From the human T2T-CHM13v2.0 reference genome, Homo sapiens: DNA of 64,000 bases. This document shows, in pieces, positions 13,240 to 27,228 of the stretch; the first letter of the stretch is position 1, and the number at the start of each line of letters is the position of its first letter. Below the pieces are notes generated by a model. It did not search any database. It had not been told where the DNA came from and saw only the letters and a program-made list of their open reading frames with translations. The translations under genes were made by a program, and so were the position numbers. The stretch lies in the NCBI RefSeq assembly GCF_009914755.1, contig NC_060925.1; one strand, written 5' to 3'.

Positions 13240-13770
13240 TCTGTAGCTTCTGTAGCGAGCCTCTGCATGTGGACAGCGTGGGCCGCCTCTGCAGCACCCT
13301 TCCCCTTATTCCCACCATTGTCCCACCCACTGACATGGCCACGTCCTATTGGCTTCAAGCCCAGATTTTAGCAATGGGCTCTGATTGGCCTAATCCAATC
13401 AGCCCACACCTGGCCCCCTTGCCACAGCCATAGGCAGGGACCAGAGCCCAGGCCAATCAGCAGATGGTGTTCCTCTGGCAGAGAACGGCTTGGGAGGAGG
13501 CTGAGCATGTGTCCAAAATTGGGCCAATCAGAGTGAACTCAAAGACTTTTTTTGTCAGTAGGAGGAAAGGGAGTATCTCCTCTTCCAGAATGTATGACAC
13601 ATCAGCCTGAGAGCTGACGCTCAGCAGCCATTCTGCTACCAAGAGCCTTTATCAAACTATGTCTGAAGCCTGGGCTATCTCCATATTTTTGAGATCTGTG
13701 AACCAATAAATTCCCCGTATCATATTATTTAAGCCTTGAGGTTGTTTTTCTATGGCCAAGGCTGAACACA
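13240..13770 (+). mobile_element. ERVL-type solo LTR (LTR16-like) with clustered CCAAT boxes
   Basis: ctgattggcctaatccaatcag, repeated ggccaatcag, 3' tgtgaaccaataaattcccc...tttaagcc; family and limits approximate. Confidence 0.65.
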
Positions 13771-14785
13771 TTGTAACTTATCCAGAATCCCCTGGCTGGG
13801 AGTGGTGAGATGTAACCACTTAGATCATTTCTAACTTCATGATTCCATGACTTCTTAGACTTTATCCAATTAATACCTGTCTTCACATTTATAACACTTC
13901 TGATGACTGGTTTCTGCAGCCTGGAACATCCTGTCCCCTTTCTCTTCTTAAGAAATCCTGCTCACCTTTTAGGACCCAACTGAAATGGGTCCACTGCTGC
14001 AAGATCTTTGAAGAGGAGTCAGTTAATCCATCTTCCTGTGACTCCCCCAGTACTTGACCATTTCCTCTCTTATCCTTAATTTCATTGTGTACTTTTCTCA
14101 CTCCTATCTTCACCTACGTTTAGGCTGTGTGCACTTTGAAGACAACACCCCCTTCCCTAGGCATTACTTGTTAACAGGCCAACTGTGCAGCAAAGTAGCA
14201 CAAATCCAGCTTGCTGCACATGTCCAATGCCTAAGATGAGGCTGGGCCTGCAGCAGGCTTGCAAGAAACAACCACTCATTCATTCAACGCCACATGAGTG
14301 GTTAACTGGATACAAAGGAGAAGCAAACACAACGAAGGCTTCTGCCTTAACCTTCTAGGTGTCCTACCTTGTACCTTGAAGGGATTAGAGAGAAAAACAT
14401 TCTCCATCTTGCACTGCTGATTTCCAATGACAAGTGGGGCTTCCCCCCTCCCACAGAAGATTACAGGCCAAATTGGGTATGGTAGGGTTTTGGGGACTGG
14501 AGGTGGTTTAGAGTTTTTTCCAATCTTATTAAACTTACTCAGAGCTTAACATCTATTAATGAAATTACGTTTTCTATAATAAAAGTAGAGACTCAAATCC
14601 TATAGATGCCCTGACCTTAAGATATAAAAATTCAATTTTAAAAAATATTACACATACCAAATACAAAAGATCTATTCTGTGACCTCTTCTCTAACACCAA
14701 CAACTGTAAATTTAATATCATCCTATGTTACCTGAGGTAGTTGGAAGGTGTTTCTTCTACGTTTGTTGTATCTAGCTTTTTCTTT

Positions 14786-15202
<417 letters not shown>

Positions 15203-15369
15203 TAAAATTTCTGGATCTGACATGGTTTCAGTGGCTGCAATGAGAAAGGAAGTATACAGCACAAACTAGGAGTAGATTTGTTATTCATACTCCAACACCT
15301 GATTACCTTCTCAAAAACCAGGGTATTTCCTGCAACCCAGATTCCTCATTGACAGGAATCATCTCGGTC

Positions 15370-15607
15370 TGAAGGAAGGGATCAGGAGCCAAGAAATAAG
15401 AGTGGCCTCTAGAAGCTGGAAAAGGCAAGGAAGCAGATTCTCCCTAGAGTGTCCAGAAGGAGCCGGCCCTGCCAACAATCTTGAATTTTAGTCCAGTGGG
15501 ACTCATGTCGGACTTCGGACCTACAGAGCTGTAAGATAACACGTGTGTGGTTTTTAAAGCCACTGATTTGTGGTAATTTGTTATGACAGAAACAGAAAGT
15601 GAGTGCA
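15370..15607 (+). mobile_element. MaLR LTR, 3' part (MLT1D-like)
   Basis: gcctctagaagctggaaaaggcaaggaagcagattctccctagag...aagccactgatttgtggtaatttgttatgacag. Confidence 0.85.
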
Positions 15608-16119
15608 CTGACTTCCCTGTACCAGTGACCACTAACTGGCATCTACACTAGTCCCTTTCCAAACAGTAGTGCTGTTTAAAAAAATTGTTATGTTTATCAA
15701 CATGAAGCATCATAAGAAGTCACAATCGTAAGTTGAAGTCAATTAGAAAAAAGAAAATTTTAACAATTACCAAAGATCCAAACAAGAAAAATTCAGTATC
15801 AAACATTCCTCTTATATTCACAAAAGAGACCTGAATACACACATGCTTTACCTAAAATGATTTCTTTCCTATATGTGGAAAAAATGCACTTATTCATTAA
15901 TTCAACACATAATTTACAGAGCCTCTCCCACCTGCCAGGCACTGTGAAGAATCCTGAGAGTTTCCTGCCATCTATCTGAGCCAGGGCAGGTGTGGAAAAA
16001 AATTTTCACATTAGTTCATTAACGGTAAAATAGGAAAAAGGAATAGAGCCACAGCTTAAAAGTTATGTCGTTATAGACAGAGATACCGGCAGAGAACTAA
16101 GCCACGTGCATTTGTTATC

Positions 16120-16819
16120 TGTTTCTGAGCAGCTTAAAGCAACCAGCTAAGTGACTTCACACAGTTCTGAGGGTCAGGAATCCAGGAGTGTCTTAGCTGC
16201 CATGGTTCCGCCTCAGGGTGTTTCAGGAGGTTGCAGTCAAACTGTCAGCCAGAGCCACAGTCAACTCAAAGATGGACAAAGGCTGGGGCATCTAAGCTCA
16301 CTCCTGTGGTTGCTGGGGAACCTCAGTCACTCCCCGGCTGTTTGCCAGGGGCTTGGGTTACTTGCCAGGAGGGCTTCCCCTTAGAGCTGCTACAAGAAGG
16401 CAGGTGGCTTCTTCCCAAGTGACCCGAGAGAGAGATTCTGACCAAAACAGAAGCCAATGTGTTTTACAACTGAACCCCAGAAACGGCCTGCCGTCATTTC
16501 TATCATATTCTATTGGCCACACACACCAACGTACAGCTGAACCTCAGAAACGGCCTGCCGTCATTTCTATCATATTCTATTGGCCACACACACCAACTTA
16601 CAACTGAACCTCAGAAACGGCCTGCCGTCATTTCTATCATATTCTATTGGCCACACACACCAACTTACAACTGAACCTCAGAAACAGCCTGCCGTCATTT
16701 CTATCATATTCTATTGGTCACACACACCAACTGTGATGCAGTGTGGGAGGGGAGTGCCCAAGGGTGTGAACCTCGGGATGCAGGAATCATTGGGATCAGG
16801 TTGAAGCCTGACTACCACA
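16120..16819 (-). mobile_element. MaLR LTR (MLT1F-like), containing the 67-bp array
   Basis: cacagttctgagggtcaggaatccaggagtg...tattctattggtcacac...gtgggagggg...ctaccaCA. Confidence 0.8.
16465..16732. repeat. 67-bp tandem repeat, 4 copies
   Basis: Units start at 16465, 16532, 16599 and 16666; near-identical. Confidence 0.98.
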
Positions 16820-16873
16820 CCATGTTCTTCCAAAACATTTCAACAAAGGAGCCATGTAGTAAAATCAGCATGG

Positions 16874-17061
16874 TTCTAGAATGGCAGTCATGGGGCCTGG
16901 AGTAGCCATGGATCGGCCACTTCTAGAATGGCGGTCATGGGGCCTGGAGTGGTCATGGATCGGCCACTTCTAGAATGGCGGTCATGGGGCCTGGAGTGGT
17001 CATGGATCGGCCACTTCTAGAATGGCGGTCATGGGGCCTGGAGTGGTCATGGATCGGCTAC
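16874..17061. repeat. 47-bp tandem repeat, 4 copies, apparently within a MIR-like fragment
   Basis: Units ttctagaatggcggtcatggggcctggagtggtcatggatcggccac start at 16874, 16921, 16968 and 17015; followed by ggcctcggtttcc...aaaatg (MIR core-like). Confidence 0.97.
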
Positions 17062-17159
17062 TCTACAATCTATCAAGGCCTCGGTTTCCAAAGCCGCAAA
17101 ATGACAATGGAGTCCCATCTATTAATAAAACTTTGGGAGGTAGAAGAGCTGCTGCTTCT

Positions 17160-17410
17160 GCACTCAACGTTTACTGGGTGTTCATCATGTTCCAGATACT
17201 GTTTGAAGCGTTACACCCTTATTAACTCACTTTCTTCTCATTATAACTCTCTGAGGTGGTTACAATGTTCACTGCTGTGTAAGAGCTGAGAAGACTGAAG
17301 CAAAGAGAGTTCATCCATTTGCCAAAGCCTCACCATTAGTAAGAGGTAGTCAGGATTCGAACCTAAGTGGTTTGGCATCTAAGTCCACATTATAACCCAC
17401 TGTACTCTCT
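17160..17410 (-). mobile_element. MIR
   Basis: tttactgggtgttcatcatgttccagatactg...gactgaagcaaagagagtt...caggattcgaacctaag. Confidence 0.75.
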
Positions 17411-17513
17411 AACAGAGGGTATGGAAATGATGCAAGTCAGTACACTATAAAATCATCAGCAATACTAAACTTTAAAAGAAGAAACCACGTTTAAAAAATT
17501 GGTTAAAAAATAG

Positions 17514-17637
17514 GAGCCAAGCATGGTGGTGCTCACCTATAATCGCAGCTACTAGAGAGGCTGAGGTGGGAGGATCACTTGAGCCCACGAGTTCAAGACC
17601 AGGCTAGGCAACATAGCAAGACCTTGTCTCAAAAAAA

Positions 17638-17640
<3 letters not shown>
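17514..17640 (+). mobile_element. FLAM-type Alu monomer
   Basis: Single left-arm monomer ending gaccttgtctc(A)10. Confidence 0.9.
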
Positions 17641-17702
<62 letters not shown>

Positions 17703-17708
17703 TAGATA
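17641..17708. repeat. Compound tetranucleotide STR (GATA)7(GACA)8(GATA)2
   Basis: Read directly; abuts the FLAM A-tail. Confidence 0.99.
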
Positions 17709-17711
17709 TAG

Positions 17712-17968
17712 ATTCCATTTACATGAGGGACCTAGAGTGGTCAAACTTATAAAGACAGAGGGATGGATGCCAGGGCTGGGGGAATAGGGAATGGGGAGTT
17801 AAAATTTAATGGGCATAGAATTTTAGTTTGAGATATTGAAAAAGTTCTGGGGATGGATGGTGGTGATGGTTTCACAACAGTAGGAATGTATTTAATGTCA
17901 CTGAACTATACACTTAAATGATTTAAATGGTCATTTTTATGTTATGTATATCTTACCACCATAAAAAG
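17712..17968 (+). mobile_element. L1MB-type 3' UTR end
   Basis: aaagttctggggatggatggtggtgatggtttcacaac...actgaactatacacttaaa...ttatgtatatcttaccac. Confidence 0.85.
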
Positions 17969-18884
17969 AAGACATTAAACTACAATATCCAATATTCCAT
18001 CCAGGGGCTTCCTCAAAATAGAAAATCCCCATGGTTAATCGCTTTAGATGCTTAGAAAATCGTTCCGTTCTAAGGTGTAGGAAGAAATCCAAAAGGACTT
18101 GTCTTTTCTGGTTGGTCCATCATTGCTCTCTCAACTTCTTTTCATTGCACTTTTCATTACAGAAATAAAATAAAATGTCGGAAGAGTTTCTGTTACTCTT
18201 ATCTTTCCCAAGTCACATTAAGTAGGAATTTTTAATTTAAGTGCATTCCATTCCTAAAGCCAGGAAAATCTGCCCACACGAGGTGCTTCATAGCATACAC
18301 ATTAGGAACTCCTCTATGGTTCTCATTATTTACACCCTTCCTCGGATGTGCCCTGTGTGTTTTGACAGTCAGAGATTGGCCCGACAAAATGAAAGCGAAG
18401 GCGTCAGCTGAGAGGGACGCGGGGCTTTAGGTAAACGACACACGATGAGAGGCCCTGGCTGTCGGGTTACTGTTGTCCACGTGTCGGATGGCTAGAGACG
18501 CTGTGAGAGTTACTCTCTCTAGAGGTCAGCACTTTGGATGCCCTCACCCTCTGAAATAAGCATTTTCTCCCGGGACATCAAGGAGCTGGGGACTCCAAGC
18601 ATTTTCCTCACCACTCTGGTCATCTCCCACATTTAGGAGGAAAGTTCTACTTCCATGAGGCCTTTGCTTGCCTCATTTCAGAAATAGCGGAGGGCCTTCT
18701 CATAAAATGACTTTTTATGCCTTAGTTAAGAGCATATGTTTAATTTACCACTCACTTCCCTCTCATTATCCATCTATGTGCGGATCACAGTACTAGGTGG
18801 TATGAAGTGAGACTGAGAAAGTAAGAGATGAAGAAACTTAAAAAAAAAAAGCTGTAAAAAGGACACAGGTAAAATCTAACCTTC

Positions 18885-19218
<334 letters not shown>

Positions 19219-19319
19219 CTAATGTCCACTAAACAAATTGTCATGCTTGTTAAAGTTACATATCACAGGTGGCTTCATAAGCCTCAGGACAACCTGAGAA
19301 GCAGCCCTGTGCTACACGG

Positions 19320-19545
19320 AAGTCATGGGACTAGAGTAGAAACAACTAGGTCCAAACCCTGAATTCCGCATTAATTCATTTGTTGATTACGACGTCCACC
19401 CATATGACAAGTATTTAGCCTAAGTCTGTTTATACACCTGAGAAATGGAGAACAGTAACAAATGCCTGAGGGTGCTATAAGGATTAAACAGGTAATTTAT
19501 GCCAACGTGTTTGGTAAATATTTACAGATGATACAATTATGAACT
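19320..19545 (+). mobile_element. MIR
   Basis: acaagtatttagcctaagtctgttt...acctgagaaatggagaacagtaac...aggattaaa. Confidence 0.6.
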
Positions 19546-22504
19546 GTAGGGCTGGATGATATTTCAAGATATCAATTTGTGCTCTTCTCTTTGCATTGCC
19601 TTTCTTTTTCTCCCACAGATCAGACTCTGCTCGGTGCCTCAGGGGAGGCATGTGGCAGTAGAGAAAGCAGAAACCATCTGCAAAATCTGGGATGCAGTAG
19701 GGGGTGGGGGAGAGACTAATGCAGCCTGCAGGGCTGACGGAGCAGGGGCCTAGGCCCCAGTTCTAAGCAGGGCTGCCACCCAGAAGCACAACTTCCCCAG
19801 GAGGGGGATTTGGATAGACAGAGACACATGCAACTCCTGAGTCCTATGTGTGGCAAGGATGCATCAGAGAGCCAATAGACATGCACAGGGGGCAGGCCAA
19901 GAGAGCCATGCCCCTAACAGCTTGGTCCTGGGGATGAGCCCAGAACCCTGAGAAGGGAGATGAAGTTTTCCACCACACCAGTGGAAAGACAATCAGCCAG
20001 AAATTGGGCAGATGTATAGAAAAAAAAATGAAATGTTATTTTTGGCACATTAGAGTTTGGGGACTGAGTTTTATACCCATTATAATATTTAACTTCCCAA
20101 CACCTAAAATCCTCCTGGCAGTTAACAACGAATGCCCAATGGAAGAAATGTTTCTTGTTTAACTTCATAAATACATATAGAGAAGCCATCTTCTCTGACT
20201 AAAAAGACCACAGATTGTGCTGCTCTAATGAAAAGAGCATTGGCAGGGCATAAATTCTGAAATGATTTTCTATATGTTGCTAGCCACATAGAGGATGCTA
20301 AATAAAAAGCTGTTGGCTGATGGGTGACAAATTGTCCAGGGCAGCTCATAACTTCCCTAGACTCTTGAGATCAATGGCACACACCTGCCAATCAGTGGGC
20401 TGGGATTAGGGGTATAATGTGTTGTGATGAATGGACCTTTTCTCCATGCAATGCTAATGGGTTTATATAGAATAGAATTCATGATACAGGTGTTATTTTA
20501 AACACTGTGCTCTAACCCCTTGAAAATTGAACAAATAGACACATACTCATTAGGCCAGGACCACATCTATCAAGTTACCTAATGCATTCCCAGAGCCTAG
20601 AAGACTACTAGGCACAGAGTAAAAATTCAGTAACTATCTGGTGAATGTTAACTCACAGAAGACACAATACTGCCTCTAACTTCACCTATGAAATGCAAAG
20701 TAGAGGCGTAACTCCAACAAATAAAGCCAAGCCCAGTATTTAAAAGCCCAAAACAAATGAAGTGCAACAACAGAACAAGAGCTGGCTAGCTTTCCAGTGT
20801 CCCCATCCAAACTAGGGACACCTACAGAAACACAGAAAGTTCAAAGCCTATGGGAGGGGAACGTGGGGGAGGGAGAGGGACTTATTTACCAGCCCCAGCT
20901 TTACACTTCCTCCATCTCCTCCTCTTCTTTAGCAAGATGCCTCTGTGCTTTCCATGAAGAAGTCGGCCCCAGAACATGACCTGCATCTCAGAGAAGTTCT
21001 GATTTATGAATTGGCACTGAGGCGACGTCGCTGGTGCGGAACACCATGACGTCTGTGTCTAGGGTATGCGCATATGCTGCGTTTTTCCGCAGGTGCCTCG
21101 CAGTCTGCTCTGGCTCTTAGGGCTTCCGAACTCAGTTCAGGGCATGGATTTTAATTAACGAAATGAAACACTGGCCCTACACGACGGGACACTTAATGAA
21201 TTTATTTAATGATGCCAAATATGGGAAACCCCTTTAGGGAGAGAAGCAAAAGGAACAGGAGAAAAAGATCGATTTGTTAAAAGACAGTCAAAGCAACTGA
21301 GCGTTACTCTCAGACAGGGGGGATGTCAACTGGGGAGTGATCCCCAGAAGATCAACTTCATTGTGAAATCAGAAGTACGAGCATCTTTCTTTCAACTGGA
21401 ATTCATTGAGCATCTACTGAGCTGCTATTTCAGCACGCTTGCTGCTGGGAGACACAGAAGACATCCTTCCTCCTCAACATGCTTCTGATAGACATTATTA
21501 AGAAAAACTATTTTTTTGGCTAGCAATGCAGTTTCACCTCACATGATTTCACTTCCTTGGAGCCGTGAATCAGCAGTGGCAGGGATTATCTCCCCTGAGG
21601 AAAACCAAGATGTGGGCTGGCTGGCTGGGGTAGGGTGGTGAGAGGCAGTGCTGTGCAGGAAAGGACTTTCTCCAGGCCAGCAGGCTATGCAGTTACACAG
21701 AGGAGCAAGCCCTGCACCCACCATCGTGATTCCCAACCCTTCCCCAGACCTCAGCACCTCCACCACCACCAGGGAAACAAGACACAGTCACGGCAGCGGA
21801 CAGCACTTTAGGACAAAGGGGGAAGGACAAAGGCAGGAGGTGAGGATGGTCAGGGAGTGATCAGAACTGCTGGGAGAAAGATCAGCCATTGCTAAGTGTG
21901 TCTTCAAGCCCTACACTTCCCTGGAGAGATCACAGCTTTCTCTGGCAGATGCTCAGACAAGAGGTCACGGATAGGCACTGTTCTGGCAATGCCCAGACAA
22001 ACCAACCTCTTTCTGATCCCACTGAGAGGCTGGACAATAACACAGTCTGTAGACAAGGAAATTCAAAGCATGGCATTCCTCCAGGGAAAACGCTGTGCTG
22101 GACCAGGACCAGGGCCTGCCAACACCTGTGAGCAGACAGATTCCAAAATGTACAGTCACAGGCTGGCTCCTCTGAGGCTTGGCTCACAGTGTTTCATCAA
22201 AAGAAATAAAGATAAGGAAGTATCTTCCTGCCATCAGCCCCTGCTTCGGTGGCACCCCACTCATCTCTTACCCACCCTTGGGGAGGGAATGGAGATCTTT
22301 AACCCTGGGTAAAGAGTACAATGAAACTTCATTTTCTGAGCTCCCAGAGGTTTTGGAACGTGATAGCTCCTACAGAGACATGATTCTTGCTGAATAAATA
22401 ATTCTAAGTCAGTGACCTGACTAGGGACTCATGTCTGAAGCACCGTTTGATTCTTCAATTTTCAATTTTTCCTCCTTTTATTTACTAGCCAATATTTCCA
22501 TGTG

Positions 22505-23207
22505 ACAACCACATGCCCATCCCATTAGGAGGGCTATTACAAAAGAAATGAAAAGTAAATATTGGTGAGGATGTAGAGAAACTGGAATCCTCGTGCATTG
22601 CTGGTGGGGATGCAAACTCCTGCAGCTGCTGTGGAAAGCAGTCTGGATGCTCCTGAAAAAGTTAAACTACCAAACGATCTAGCAATTCTGCTTCTCGGTA
22701 TATGCCCAAAGCAAACGAAAGCAGCGACTCAACAGATACTTGCCCACCAATGTTCATCGAACATTATTCAATTTCCAAAAAGTGGAAACATCCCAAGGGT
22801 CCGTCATCAGATGAACAGAAAAAATGTGGTGTAGACAGAAAATAATATTTTGCCGTAAAAAGGAAAGGAATTCTAATAATGCTACGGCACAGACAAACCT
22901 TGAAGAGATTATGTTAAGTGGAAGAAGCCAGACACAAAAGGACAAATACTGTGTGATTCCACTTACGAGAGGTTCTGAGAGTAGTCAAACTCACAGAGAC
23001 GCAAAACAGATTGGTGGTGTCCAGGGTTGAGGTGAAAGGGGAGTGGATGATTGTCGCTTCACGGGGTAGGAATTTCTCTGAGGTAAGGAAAAACTTAGAA
23101 ATAGATATGGTGCACAAGACTGTGGATGTAATTAATATCACTGAATTATACACTCAGAGATCATTCAAATCACAAACTTTATGTTAGATATATTTTACCA
23201 CCAAAAA
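22505..23207 (+). mobile_element. L1MB-type 3' fragment
   Basis: ggtgaggatgtagagaaactggaatcctcgtgcattgctggtggg...gaagccagacacaaaaggacaaatactgtgtgattccactta...ttttaccac. Confidence 0.9.
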
Positions 23208-23339
23208 AACCCCACAAAAACAACCAAACATGAAACCAAACTATAAAGAAGAAAACAAGGTGGAAATAAAAAAAAAATAAGAGCTTAAGAAATAAAAGGG
23301 GAAGATTGCAAAAAGCACACAGAATAATAACATTAGCAA

Positions 23340-23600
23340 TGCTGCCATATTAACTGCATGTAGATAGTATTTACTCTGTGCCAGGAATTGTTCTGGGTGC
23401 TATCCATATAACAACTTGTATAACCTTCATGGGAACCCCTTGATGTAGGTTTTTATTATTATCCTCATTTTAAAGTTAATAATTCTGAAAACCAGCAAGG
23501 TTAAGTATCTTGCCCAAGATCACAGAGCAAGACATGGCAAAACCTAGATTTAAACCCAGAAACTCTTGACCTGGAATCTATGTTTTTAAACAACTAAGCT
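23340..23600 (-). mobile_element. MIR
   Basis: tttactctgtgccagg...attatcctcatttt...ggttaagtatcttgcccaagatcacagagc. Confidence 0.8.
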
Positions 23601-26187
23601 GGTTGCCAGTATAAAAGACCTAAGAGTGAGTCAAAAAAAGAAAAAAAGAAAGAAAGAAAAAGGATTTAAGGATAGGGATGTATAAACAATTATATACTAC
23701 CTAAAGCAAGAGAGAGAGAAAGAGAGATAAAGACTAATGAAACCAACATACTGCATTCTTATTTCAAAAGTCAAATATTAATTGTTCCATAAATAGTACA
23801 GGATACTACTGATCTTTTAGGCTCACCCAAGTCTCTCCCAGAAAACAAACAATAAAGCAGAAAGAGCACGGAACTCGAGGTTATAAAATCTGGTTTAAAA
23901 TCCTGGCTCAATGACTTACTTTGCTTACTTCTTCATTTAGCGAGTATGTAATGAGTACCTGCTAGGCACCAGGGAACATGCTGGCTAGTTCACTCAACGT
24001 TTTGAATCCTAGTTCCTCTTTTATAAAATTGGAATAATATACCTACTTCACAGGGTTAAGAAAGCTAAATGAGATAGGCTATGACTGTTCTTGACTCCTA
24101 GTTTACACTCAGTAATGGCTGACTGAAGATGTTTTCTCTTGCCTAGTTTCTCAGAATAAAAATTCGTGATGATGATAAGATATATAAATCATGCGGCTTG
24201 GGTTTTCAATGGAGGCATTGTGACTGCCAGGCTGTAGACAAATCTACACAGCTACTCGGCTCCTTGTGCCCCACCCTCTTTCTTACCCTTAAGCTGGCAA
24301 GATGATGACACATGGCAGGGCACCGATAAGTGTCGGTTTTTTTCTGTTCTTCCCAGAATGGGTGGGAAGAGACAACAGAAAGGAGAAAGGAAAAGGAGAC
24401 AGGAGAAAAAAGGAACATGGAAGAAAAAAAAACAGAATGTGAAGATGGAGATAGGATATTACTTCCTTCCCTTCTCTCCCACTGGGGTAGAAAGGGCTGT
24501 GGTCTGCAGGGGGCGTCCACCTTCCATTTCTCTCTAGAATGTCCCATAGCATCAACCATGCCCCTAAACCAAAAATGACACAAACCTTCTCCAGACTCTA
24601 AAAAGCCCCTTTGGACCACACAGGACTTCTCTCTGTTTCCCCCTCCCCTGGACACCACCATACACACAGTTCAATGATGACCTTTTATTTTGCATCATGG
24701 CCGAAACAGTTATTAAGGAGTTTCATTTCCAGGGCGCTCACTAATCAAGATAACAGAGACTAAAATACAAGGCCTACAAGCCTTACACTCATCACTGGTG
24801 ATTCGCTGAGTTCACCTTGTCAAGTAAACTGTAAGATGCTGGAAGACAGAGAACGTATCTAACAGAACATATCTATCAGTGAGTATTTGCTAAAGCCACA
24901 TCTTGACTTATGACATATGGAGTGTTTGGAAACAGAAGATCACATTTCTACATTCCACATAGATCGAAAGTCTAGCTAACTTAGAGACTGCTTTATTTTG
25001 TCCGAGTAAGGTTTTCCTTAATTTCTAAAGTTCTGTGATGGTAAGAAGAAGCCCACCAATTATCAGCCCATTTACACCACTTCACTCAAGTCTTACGAAA
25101 TGAGGCCGCTGTCCTGCGCCCCCGACGAGGAGGGAAACGAGACTGATGCAAATGATACTCTAAGGCCAACAGACAGAACCATATTTAGGATCCTATCGGG
25201 CTAGCTCCAAACGCTGCCTTCCCACCTATTCACCTGAAGTTCCTTGTAATTTGTTAGTGTGAATTAAATGACATCTCGGAAAGTGTTGCTTCTGACTAGT
25301 GAGAAAGTTTTATGTCAAGAGAAGATGAATTGCTCCAAGGAGAAAAATATGCCAGGCAAGTCCAAACACGTCTGCCTACCTACAAGTATGATTCCCACAA
25401 GCACGTCCTCCTCTTGCCAACCCATCTTCAACCTTATAGGGTGCAGATGTTTTTGAAAGTTTCTCCTTGCTCCAGGTACTATGGAAGAGACAGTGTCTGG
25501 CTTCATCCTGGAAACCATGGGGTATGTGGCATCCATCATGTTTTGGAGATGGGCCGTTTTTACATTAGCCACCCTTGCCCAAAATCTAAGAAGCATGGCT
25601 GTTTCTCATCATGTGGTCGCTGGCTCTGCGAGCTGTGGTTTGAAGACGGAAACAATAATAATCCTATACATAAATGACTAACATTTTATGGGGAAGACAG
25701 AAAATAGTTTAAATGTTTTCCATGATCCTCTTTTTGAACTACAAATGATAGTCAAACAGGGGTCATTGCCCTGGCTGATAATTTTCAGAATTGCAGACCC
25801 TACAGTAAATAACATTCACAGATGGTTCCTTTCTTTGAATATCAATGCTCTGCCTTTTGGGAGCTGGCAGCTACTCAGAGAAGAGCATTAAACTGGCCAG
25901 AAAGAGACCTGGGATCCTCTGGATCTCTTTCCTTTGTTCAGAACAAGAGATTTTGACAGATTCTCCGGCCGCCAGTCTTCCAGCTCTGGTTTCCAGCTCT
26001 GGTTCTGGGCGATCCCCAAGAGATCACAGATACTTTGTATACTTTCCACATCCACCACTGTAATTGCAGAGTCCCTATCTTCCTTACGATTCTGTTTACT
26101 AGAACCAAACCCATCATTTTTGAGACATTGCCAAATTCACTGCAGGAACAAGTCATAAGTCCACTGAGAAGCGCATGCCAGTTGTGA

Positions 26188-26658
<471 letters not shown>

Positions 26659-26821
26659 CATTATTATTTCTTTAGAGACGGGGTCCTGCTCTGTCACCCA
26701 GCCTAGAGTGCAGTGGTGCAATCATCGCTCACCGCAGCCTCGACCTCCTGGGCTCCAGTGATCCTTCCACCTCCCTCTCCCAAAGTGCTGGGATCACAGG
26801 CCTGAGCCTCCGCGCCCGGCC
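26659..26821 (-). mobile_element. Old Alu monomer (FAM/FRAM/AluJ-recombinant-like) whose A-tail hosts the AluY
   Basis: Monomer with the right-arm insert and a left-arm-type 5' end; outer TSD-like acctcctttt (26218) / acctcctctt (26822). Confidence 0.8.
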
Positions 26822-27228
26822 ACCTCCTCTTACAGTAGTTCCCAACCCATTCTTCGGCCTCACTGCATGGCTCACACGGAAACATCTCAGTTTACCACCG
26901 CACGATGTAAGTGTGTTCTACACTCACCAAAGAGAAAAGAAGTCTGAAGGATAAGGCAGAGAAGAGAAAGGTTGTAGGTAGGAGGATTGGTGAGCAGGGA
27001 AGAGATATGATGGAAGAGGCGGAGGGAAAGACGGTAAAGGGGCGAAGAAATGCCAAGTGAAGATGTGTAGGCACACAGAAGAACCGAACCCAGAACCAGA
27101 AAGGGGAAAAACTCTATTGTTCTGTGGGGCTCCAATTCACAGGTCATTAGGCTTTGGAGGATCCCCACAGAAGGTTGTCATCTGCTTCTCAAACCTCTGG
27201 CAGGGGCATCAGGTGTAGCTATGCTACC

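Noticed and set aside
16353-17289. Repetitive ORFs over the 67- and 47-bp arrays, and those at 48415-50072
   Set aside because: Unit lengths are not multiples of three and the frames close quickly; they are by-products of the repeats.
24206-24667. 153-aa minus-strand ORF and a possible exon ending at gg|gtaaga (~24287)
   Set aside because: The ORF is inflated by a low-complexity pyrimidine tract, the acceptor is poor, and the peptide is unrecognisable.
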